Assembly: GCF_964355755.1 (NCBI RefSeq)
Contig: NC_092671.1
Coordinates: 37,086,304-37,150,303, forward strand
Direction of reading: 5' to 3'
DNA length: 64,000 nt
Origin: Antedon mediterranea
Taxonomy: Eukaryota; Animalia; Echinodermata
Under the pieces are notes generated by a model. The model worked only from the letters and a program-made list of their open reading frames with translations. It was not told the DNA's origin and did no database searches. Made by a program: the position numbers and the translations under genes. Below, one piece after another: positions 53,892 to 64,000 of this stretch; within the stretch, counting starts at the first letter, position 1; every line of letters starts with the position of its first letter.

Positions 53892-56800
53892 TCAGTTCTT
53901 AGATTTGGTGATATCGCAAACACAGAACTCCATCTCAACTAAATTGTCCGAGCAAGGTTGAAATTTATTGTATGTACTTTTCTGATGAAGCTGTAAACAA
54001 ATATTAAACAATTGTACACATTTAGTACAGTACGTACAGTATTATTCTTTCTACAAAACCACTGGTTAATTGACTAGGTTAGTGATAGTTAACCTGTTCA
54101 TCAACAGGTTAAAATGGTAGACTATTTACTTATAAATTTCTCACTTGTTATCAACAATTGCTAACCATACTTGCTTAGGTGGATAATTGACTAGGTTAGT
54201 GATAGTTAACCAACTGTTTAATTAGTCACCAGACTACTTTATGAATTCCTCACTTGTTATCAACAATTGCTAACCATTGCTTGTTTAGGTGGGATAATTG
54301 ACTAGGTTAATGATAGTTAAACAGGTTATAGTAGACTACTTTATGAATTGTCCAGTTGTTATCAACAGCTGCTAACCCATATTGCTTGACTTGTTTGTTG
54401 GGTTTATTAACTAGGTTAGTGATAGTTAACCAACTGTTTAACAGACTACTTACCTTATGAATTGTCCACTTGTTATCAACAACTGCTAACCATACCGTTT
54501 TAAACTGTTTAGCTTGGAACAGTAACTGGTAGTATATTGCAGTACTTCCATCAGCACCCACTTCTTCCCGTACTTGTATATTTAGTATCTTGTCAAGGGA
54601 AATATTCATACAACTTGTGTCATGTAAGGGATTCCAATCTTTTCTCTTACCAACTTTATAAAGGGTTTTCTGTAAAACAAGAAATATGCAACAGGTGGAG
54701 TAATATTTTTTTGTTTAGGGGTGTGGTAACATTTAGTGAGGTATATTGATTGAAAATATATTTAATCCATCCTGATGATTTATATACAGTATAGTTAAAA
54801 TGATTTACATATTGATTATTGTAAAACTGAACCATGCTTTGAAACTGAAAAACGAAGTGAGGTAAAGTTGATTTTATAAATATATTTAATCCATCCTGAT
54901 GATTTATATATAGTATGATTAAAATAATTTATTGATTATTGTAAAATTGAACCATGCTTTGAAACTGAAAACAGATATATTGATCATAAACATCTTTGTT
55001 TATGCATTTCTAACAAAATCAAAATGATCTACAATGTCTCAGCGGTTTGACGAAGAGATACAAACTGTTACGTGCATATAAGAGTTTAAAATTTGAATAT
55101 TGTTATTATAATTTTTACCTTAGAATGTTTATTATTGATGAATTTGATAACAAAGTTGACTGTTTCATAATGAAGTATTCCCCATTCACTTTTGGCAAGC
55201 TCCTAACAAAATTAAGAACATTTTGTTAATTGTATTCATTTTACGAAACAAACAAGGTGATTCAAGTGGTAAAATTGACAATAATTGATCACGGCCTTGT
55301 AGAAGAACACCTTTATGGTGAAACAAGCTTTTCCGTGTTAAAATAAAGTATTTATTATTATTATTAATATATTACTACTCTTTAAAAGATGCACTGGATT
55401 CTTTTAAGTTTACACAAGTCAGATGGGTTCCACCGATTCTACAACTATATTGTTGAGGAGAGCCTTGAACCAGTGTGCCGATTTTATAGCTGTGATTGGC
55501 TGCTTCTTGCCCTGGACGCGATTTTTTTTTGTACATAAGTTGGAAACCCCATGTAAAAGATAGCCAGACAACTTCCTAAATATAACTAAACCCAACCCTC
55601 TAAATAATCTCTCTCTCTCACTATAAAGTAAAAGAAGTAGCTCATTGGAGTCGAACCCTATACATTGACATGTAAAGTCCATAGCCTTATCCACTCGACT
55701 ACACAGACGGCTCGACAGAAATCGTTTGCACTAGCGAATTGTAGTTAGCTCAATTCTTACGTCACACCTTATGGATATGACTAATAAATATTCATGTTTA
55801 TTTTGTGACGTTTCACGCACCCTGGACACTCTACTAGACAGTCTATTTATTTGTAGAGATATGGTATATTCAAAGATTTCAATAATTATTATATACCCTG
55901 ATTGAATATTAACTACCCACTCATTACAAAATTGAGATAAAAAAACATCCAGCACCTTAATTTTGCCACATGCACAGCTCCATGCTGATATCCCTGCTTC
56001 CTTGCAACTTCTTTTTCTGCAAAGAAACGACCAAATCTCACTCTTTATATTTTTACCTTGTTGTTTAAATGAAATAAAATGAATAAATGGATGAAAAAAA
56101 CTATTATATCCGTCGTATCTCCTTTCAGTTCCAGAAGCTTTGGTCGTTACCTTATTTTTTGGAGAAAGAAGATAACTTGTACAGTTTTTCAAAAGAACTG
56201 ACAATATTAAGAGGACCCTATTTAGTATTAGGATCTGTGTAAAATAAAACCTTGCTATATTGTAATAATAACTGATTCAATTTTTTTGTGTGTGTTTTAC
56301 TATTAATTTTGAGATATTTTAAACCGATTTATCTTGTTTGTGTAATTGAAAAACTCCTACTGGAGTATCACTCAACATGTAGATAGAGGTTGAGGAGGGA
56401 GTATCACTCAACATGTAGATAGAGGTTGAGGAGGGAGTATCACTCAACATGTAGATAGAGGTGGAGGAGGGAGTATCACTCAACATGTAGATAGAGGTTG
56501 AGGAGGGAGTATCACTCAACATGTAGATAGAGGTTGAGGAGGGAGTATCACTCAACATGTAGATAGAGGTTGAGGAGGGAGTATCACTCAACATGTAGAT
56601 AGAGGTTGAGGAGGGAGTATCACTCAACATGTAGATAGAGGTTGAGGAGGGAGTATCACTCAACATGTAGATAGAGGTTGAGGAGGGAGTATCACTCAAC
56701 ATGTAGATAGAGGTTGAGGAGGGAGTATCACTCAACATGTAGATAGAGGTTGAGGAGGGAGTATCACTCAACATGTAGATAGAGGTTGAGGAGGGAGTAT

Positions 56801-59800
56801 CACTCAACATGTAGATAGAGGTTGAGGAGGGAGTATCACTCAACATGTAGATAGAGGTTGAGGAGGGAGTATCACTCAACATGTAGATAGAGGTTGAGGA
56901 GGGAGTATCACTCAACATGTAGATAGAGGTTGAGGAGGGAGTATCACTCAACATGTAGATAGAGGTTGAGGAGGGAGTATCACTCAACATGTAGATAGAG
57001 GTTGAAGAGGGAGTATCACTCAACATGTAGATAGAGGTTGAGGAGGGAGTATCACTCAACATGTAGATAGAGGTTGAGGAGGGTAGAGAGCTAGTCAAAA
57101 TGAGAAATCAGCTTGGAGAAGGTTTAATAATAATTTAATAGCCAACAACGTACTGTACCTGCTAATTTCTTGTGTAAACACATTAATAACATTATCACCC
57201 ACAACTCCAGAAACCTGCTCCATATTCGGAAAATGCATCAAAGATTTCATACTTAGATGTAGATCCATATGAGTCTAATAAAACAAAATTAAAAATTCCA
57301 TTTACAGTATTGATAAACATACATTCATTAAGTAGAGTCGTTGAGCAGTTAAGGCATTGCCGCTGCAAACCATAGCTATCAATCGGCATAGGTTGAAGTC
57401 ACTCCTCGACCATTGATCTGGTGGTAGAACAGGTCTTCTCAGTTAAGGACTTAAAACTGGAGGTCCAGTGTACACATCTGGCTCGTGTGCACTTTAAAGA
57501 ACCGAGTGTATCTTTTGAAGGGTAGGGGGTTACCCCGGTATACAGGTCCATTCAGCCCTTGTCGTTGTGGACAGACGAATGGGTGTCATTTGGTGGCAGC
57601 ACTTGACATGAAGGGACCCTTGGTGGAGAAGAAAGTTGTGGTATGTGTCATCCACGACTATGCAACCTACTACAATTCAGTCCAGTAGAGTGCATAGTCG
57701 TAGTCCCCCAACGTGTTTCTCATTGTTTTTACGTGGGATAACATTCTTACTAAGTATCGTTGCTGGTTCACAAGTAGATTATAGTGAACATCTGGTTTCA
57801 TTTCCAGTAACCATGACGGCATTATGATTGACAGGAATGGTAAAAGTGACTCATACTTTCCCCCAAGATGAGTGATGTCAGAATATGGCTTACCGTGATC
57901 ACCGAGTAACAACTGTAAATTAAAACATACATGGTTGATGAATAAATATTTTTATTTCATTATTTATTTTCATACTTATTAATATAGTGTACAACAAATT
58001 TCTTTAAGCTATGTTTACAATATCAAACTAGTTTGACAAAAAAAGTGTGATGTGCCCATATATGGTAGTGATATGCCCATATATGGTAGTGATATGACAT
58101 CATCATATCCATGTGTGGGCACATCACATTTTTTTGTCACATAAAGTTTGATAGTGTAGACCTCTATTAAAAGGCTACTCCTTCAGGACCGTATCCCAAA
58201 AGAGGGATTTTAATGTCTTTTATATCAATTATTAAAATGTTTACCACAACTAAATTAGCATTATCATTTAGAACATTCTCAAGAAATCTTCTTAAATCTT
58301 CATCCACTTGATTAATTGATTCTGCTTTACGGCTGAAATAATAATAAAATTAATTTTAATTTTGTAATTATTGTTTTTGCACTTTTATACTCGATATCAC
58401 AAGCTGTAGTGAGCCACACCAGATGCAAACTACTGTATTTTGCTAGTGTTCTTGAATGAGACACTGTACTATGTGTGATGGGGTAGCCTCCGGCATCAAA
58501 ATGGATTCAAAATGTCCTCCATTAACCTCAAGACTTAATCTGCATAGCTTAGACTTAAAATAATGGCAGGGGAGATCTTAGAGTATTACCTATGATGAGC
58601 ATTGATACCAATTGCTGCCCACTTGGCCGAGTGAGGTTGTTTAAGAAATCCCTGAGTATAGTTTAAGATGTACTCGTGGAGAAAATGATTCCCTTCACAA
58701 AAACCAGACAGGACACCCGGAGATACCTACCAAGATAAAATATATAATATGATATGATAGAATGCAACAAAGAATTAAGCACAACATGGGAGCGCTACAA
58801 GATTGTAATATGAATTTAGATGGCTGAATAATAATAAATAATAATATGGATTTATACACATACCACTCAAGATTGCTCAAAGCGCGTTAAAATCAACAAA
58901 TGTATGTACATTTATTTTTATAAATAAATATATAATATATAACAATAATAATACAGTAATGTAAGTTTTGTTTACACATTGCTTTCATGATTCTTCATTT
59001 TAAAATAACAGATAAAGTTTTTATACCAGTAGGAAATAAATAAAATCAGATTTAAGTATTTATAAAGCCTTATGTGACAAAAAAATGTGATGTGCCCATA
59101 TATGGACAAGATGATGTCAAATCACTACTATATTTGGGAATATCACTACCATATTTGGGTATATCACTACCATATTTGGGTATATCACTATGTGTGTGCA
59201 TTCTATATTTTAATTGTTTGCTTTATATTGTGAACATATATCTGGTTTTTTTTTATCATACTAATATTTATTTACCAATCTTTAAGAAGAATTTCTATTA
59301 ATTTTTATATAATAAGGGACAAACAAAGCTTTTCAGTATTTTTTTCAGTACACAGAGCTTTATACACTATTTCAACTACATCAACAAAATGTCAATATTT
59401 AATATATAATTATTCCAATGTTGATATTCAATCTTGTTTTTAAATAATCATATGAAAATAAAGGCAATAATACCTGCTCGTTTTCCCTAGCCATCCAACC
59501 ATGCTCCTCATGTGCCATTGCAGGGGGTCTGTAGTGACAGCCCTGTAATAAAAACATTGTATAACATCAGTGTGACATATAACAACACCAGCAAGACCAA
59601 TCAGAATAGGCCACCCAGTGCATTCTAAATTAATAAATAATATCCCGTTTGTCACAGAAGCAACATAGGCCTAGGTAACTTAAATGTAAAGATATAATTA
59701 TTGTCCCCCTAAAAAAATTATTTTTTAAAATTTTTTAAATAGTTATTCACTTTTACCAAAAACTGGATCGAAAAATAAAATTATTTTCCTGAAAAAAACA

Positions 59801-62800
59801 TAATTTAAACCAAAAAATAAAAAAATTGTCTGTTTTTGGTTAAAATTAACTGTTTATTTTGTCTTTTTATAAGTGAAATTTATTTATTTTTGTTGATTTT
59901 TTTTTTCTACAGAAGTGAATAATTTGATTAAAACTGCAAAATGGCCTATTTAAAATCAAATTTGATTAAAGCCCCCTTCCCTACGTTTTTTAGATCTAAT
60001 TTAAGATCACAAACTATATTTAATGTAAAAATAATACTATATGGTCCTATTGCGATAACTTTTTTCGTCTTTAAACGGTTAAAAATGTGAAAAATAAGTC
60101 GATTCTAATAATTATAGCGGCCCGCTATAAATCCCAAAATGCATTGCGCGCGGATTGATATTTTTGTTTTTCACCTGTAATTCACCCACTTTTCGATCGA
60201 TCGTGAGGCCAAAACAAATGGAAGACTCTTAACTTTTCAGCGAAAATACTGGGTTTTCCCCAATTTGTATCAACGGAGTCTGGCAAAAATAGAAAGACAA
60301 TTAATGCAGCAACTATACAACGTCAGGCTAGGTATATAGCTAGCGTATGATGTTCGTACGTTACCAATGTTTACCAGCTAGGCCTACAAAACTAAGCCTA
60401 GCTAGGCTAGGCCTAAGACCGTCCACGAGAGGTCGATCGCCGCGAGCTAATTAGGTAGTGCATAGTTTCTCACTTTTTATCATAATTTACCATAAAACGT
60501 ACATTTAAGACAAGGAATGACATGGTTTAATGTTTTTAAAGTGATATATATGTATTATTTTCCAAAAAACGTCCAAAATTGCAGGGAAGGGGTCTTTAAT
60601 CTTTAATTTTCAGTTTTTTTTTTTTGGGGGGGGGGGGACAATATATCCTTTAGTCTACTATGTATATTTACTATATTATTTATAAAATCTTTTGTTTTTC
60701 TTTTAAAATACAAATCAGTTGATTATTTTCCGGGGTTAGATTTAGGGTTTTTATTTTGTTACCTGCGTCAAAATATACTTTTTCAAATTGAATATTCTTA
60801 TATAAAAGTTGTTTTTAATAATTTAAAAACATCATCTTAATAGAAGATTAAGATTATAGCCTAGGTGAAGTAGGTCTAGATTTGATGTGAACTAGTTGCA
60901 TGACATAACTCAGGATTTATAGCTAAGCTTTGTCACCTGTGACACCATCAATCACACGCAATGTACAAGGTGTTAATGTACCTATGACATATTTATGATT
61001 GTTTAGTGCTGAATCTTGAGTTATCATAACATAACACAAGTAGGTTGAATCAGTTAATTTTGATACTGAAAACCTGAAAGAGCTCTCCTCAATTTTATTT
61101 AATATTGTTGATACTGTACTTGGTCAGATGTCTTGCCCACTGACATAGAACAATATGTAATTTGTAATTTTCAGGTGGGACTCGAACCTACGACGTCAGA
61201 TCACTAGCCTGGGGCTGTATTCACTATCCACACTTAGGCTAATTAGGGAAACACCCTTAAAATTAAACAAATAGTTCTTACAAAAAACGCGTAACAGTTT
61301 TAATTAATGTTCTTTCTTCAGAAGTAATAATGATTTATTATCAATTATCAGTTTCCTAATATGATTTCATTCTCTTGAAAATAACTGCCTAAAGGCGCGG
61401 AGAGAAGAATTTCCTATATAAGGGCGCGTTTATACAACACGCTATTACACGCATATTCTACACGCCTACGAGAAGTGTGTTGTATAACAACAAAGAGATT
61501 CCGTGTAATGAGATTTTAATTGCAAAAAAGGCTACTTGGCTGAATCCTAAAATTTGGTGGATTCCCGGTCGCCGTTACCGTGTTGGAAGTGTCCTCAGGG
61601 TATATTTTGACCTCTTGTTAAAACAGGTCGTAATATCAATCATGTCATGCGACGTCTAACAAGATTGGGCCCATTTATGGCTGCTTCGCTGCCAGCAATC
61701 ATCCTCCTAGTCTTACGCCTAGCCTGGTAGCGCCAACTCGTAGTGGTAGTAGGCCTCTATAGACAATCGTTTCCCACTCCAAACAGAATAAAAAATAACA
61801 TCGCAAAAATGGCATCTTCTTCCATAGTGTATAGATGAAACAATGAAACCCTTAAAATAACTTTTATTAATTTAAATGAACCGAGAACAAAATAAACAAC
61901 AATGCAAACGTGAACGAATACAATAATGAAAACGGTAAAAACCGCGCGAATACATCGGACAGCGAGGAGGCGACGATGATTTGTTGACAACTCAGCCAAC
62001 AATTCAATTCAAGCGATCAACGATTTGACCTTTTATCCTAGCATGCACTGCGTGTTGATGAAACTTCCGGTACAACACGGTATCGTGATTTCTAGTATAA
62101 CAGCAAACGTTAAGGTGGGTTGACCTCGGTCCGAACAACACGCTAAAAATTAAAGCCGTGTTCAAATTTAGGGTGTTGTATAAACACGACCTAAGTGAAT
62201 ACAATTTAAGAGACTTAATATTTAAGGGAAAAATCATTTATGATGCAGTCTATTTTCCTTCCTATATTTTTTCCTGCAACGGATTTGTGACCATTCAACA
62301 ATTGGAGAGTGAAAACTGTAGGAAATTTGAAGAAAATCACAGATTGGTTGTTTTTTTATTTAAATAAAGAAATCAAATACCAAAACTATACATACATTCC
62401 ATTTTGTTTTAGAACCCATCATCATACATTTACTGTTGCCACAACTTGTCAAATAGCCTCGTTTGTTGGCATACTGCCAAATCCATTCTTCAACATAATC
62501 AAGAGAGTTCCTTAAAATAAAGATAATAAATTCCAGATGTGAAAGTATTTATATCATTTAGAATTAATATGATATACCAACACCAGAACACACATTAAAA
62601 CATTCCTTCACATTACAGAGATCAAAGCGGCACATATCTCCCTGAACCATGTAATTAGTTTTATTAGTTGACAAAATCAATGTAAACCTAACCACTTACT
62701 TTTTCGTTTTATACTTAAATTCATCTTTATTCTCAAAATTCTGACCAGAAAATAGCGGAGTAAGGTTCTGAATGTTGTCTGTGCCCGCAGAATTGAATCG

Positions 62801-63622
62801 GTTGAAGAGAAACGAATGAAAAGGACCTAAAATACAAAGAAACTCTATTTATATTATTATTTTGAACTGTATATTGATAAATAATGTTATGTAGTTAAGT
62901 TCTTCTGGGGCCCAGACATATCATGTTATGGTGACTCTGTTGCCGTTTGGGGTCCCAGGAAATGATAATAAATTAATTGAAATGGAACGAAATACTTCAA
63001 AAGTTTTTTATTTGCTATCAACACAAGTAAATGTGGCAAAATACAAGTATATAATTTATTATGTTGGTTGGTCCAGTGTAATAAAAAGTAGTAGGGGATT
63101 ATAGTACGGTGTGCTGACATTGGTAGGGGTTGCATTGCTGGCTGTCTTGGGTTTGTAGAAGGCCTAATTAGAACTTCTTCAGTTTCCAGTTATTAAGTAT
63201 AAGGACATTATAATTAACTTTATATAACAACAGTGTTAATAGGGACGTTTAGATTTTCATGTCGACTATATCGACCGCTTCCCTATTACGTCATTTTATG
63301 ATATGTGCATACACTAGGCGACTGACACTGCCAGTACATTTTTTTTCCCCATTTAATAAAGTTGTACTGAATCTGATATTATTTTATAAACTTACTATTT
63401 TCTCGCTTGAGATTTTTTAGAAATGTCATCGTCTTAGGGAGTCCACATGATCTATGAGCATGTGCTCTGGATAGGGAGTCAAGGGATACAACTAACAGAG
63501 AGATTGGTTGCCAATTTGGTTCAAATAGTAGTTGCTCCTTTAGCTTCTTATGTTGTTCTGTGTTCACCTTCTTCTTTGGTATAAATTGGGTGTGGTAATT
63601 GTGATTGGCTCTTTCTCTCAAA
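53892..63622 (-). CDS. DUF229-like (alkaline-phosphatase/sulfatase superfamily) protein, 3' exons; 5' end outside the window
   Basis: Phase-consistent exons 63622-63396 (VVSLDSLSRAHAHRSCGLPKT), 62826-62700, 62510-62396 (WIWQYANKRGYLT), 59542-59474, 58726-58590, 58332-58245, 57912-57751 (LGDHGKPY..GGKYESLLPFL..NQQRYL), 57274-57159 (THMDLHLSMK), 56016-55956 (RSCKEAGISAWSCAC), 55202-55119, 54669-54496, 53990-53892 (FCVC, stop). Confidence 0.8.
54065..54495. repeat. Degenerate ~115-120-bp tandem repeat in a DUF229 intron, resembling the adjacent exon-intron junction
   Basis: GACTAGGTTAGTGATAGTTAAC..ACTTGTTATCAACAA(T/C)TGCTAACCAT recurs about 4 times. Confidence 0.75.
56362..57083. repeat. 36-bp minisatellite, 20 near-identical copies
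   Basis: Unit GGAGTATCACTCAACATGTAGATAGAGGTTGAGGAG, head-to-tail with no spacers; only two substitutions seen (~56463, ~57006). Confidence 0.97.
59970..60595. mobile_element. Kolobok-like non-autonomous DNA element with TTAA TSD
   Basis: TTAA|AGCCCCCTTCCCTAC ... GCAGGGAAGGGGTCT|TTAA. Inserted into another dispersed repeat whose uninterrupted form is at ~14320-14380. Confidence 0.7.
61428..62185. mobile_element. CpG-rich intronic segment bounded by a 13-bp perfect inverted repeat (probable non-autonomous TE)
   Basis: GTTTATACAACAC (61428-61440) and GTGTTGTATAAAC (62173-62185); no credible ORF; family unassigned. Confidence 0.4.
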
Positions 63623-64000
63623 CTAAATTCGGAAAAAAAAACTAAATGATGTCTATCTATATTGTTTATTATTTAAAATGTTAACAAAATTGATAATTTA
63701 CCTACATCAAATGTATTGTCCTGAAAAAATAATTTGTTTATAATTCTTTTGTTGAATATGCCATTTTAATGACACATAATAGTTATGTATATATAGTTAT
63801 ATTTGACCAACAATTGGATCGGAAAAAAATTATTAACCTGAAAAAACTATAATTTAAAGCAAAAAATAGTCAAATTTGCTGCCAGCCAATGTGTTTTTGG
63901 TTAAATTTAACCGTTTATTTTGTCATTTTATAAGTGAAAACATAATTTTTTCGGGGTTTTTAGTTAGTTAGACTCTATAGTTCACTATGTCGGTCGGTCG

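Noticed and set aside
56362-57083. CRISPR array (36-bp repeat length)
   Set aside because: Units are head-to-tail with no unique spacers, there are no cas genes, and the context is a eukaryotic intron.
56319-57098. 259-aa ORF as a real protein
   Set aside because: By-product of a 36-bp repeat lacking stops in one frame; non-ATG start; lies inside a DUF229 intron.
63702-63720. 19-nt micro-exon of the DUF229 gene
   Set aside because: AG/GT flanks exist, but the frame needed to join exon 63622 contains a TGA.

Overview
AT-rich, intron-rich animal genomic DNA, probably from a marine invertebrate deuterostome such as an echinoderm (inferred from SINE style and gene content, not proven). Genes from left to right: the 3' half of a mitochondrial pyruvate dehydrogenase kinase (+); an HMG-box-like plus C2H2 zinc-finger gene with an apparent 1-nt frameshift (+); a 13-coding-exon gene (-) encoding one ~1880-aa protein that fuses a cellular RNA-dependent RNA polymerase (DLDGD) to a Upf1/DNA2-NAM7-type SF1 helicase with an RGG tail, with two tandem NF-kB-type sites near its 5' end; sulfide:quinone oxidoreductase head-to-head with it (+); a BTB-BACK-Kelch gene with an intronless CDS (-); three GT10 alpha-1,3-fucosyltransferase-like genes (one with a degenerate catalytic motif, one intact, one frameshifted tandem duplicate); and the 3' part of a DUF229-like gene (-). 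Many transposable elements are present: Harbinger-like, pogo-like and hAT-like MITEs, Helentron-type, Kolobok-like and Academ elements, LINE fragments and tRNA-derived SINEs, plus several minisatellites. The main candidate for an undescribed system is the RdRP-helicase fusion, a possible single-polypeptide, immune-inducible small-RNA amplification machine. Exon boundaries were assigned by eye from GT-AG sites and frame continuity, and family names come from motif recognition rather than database searches.
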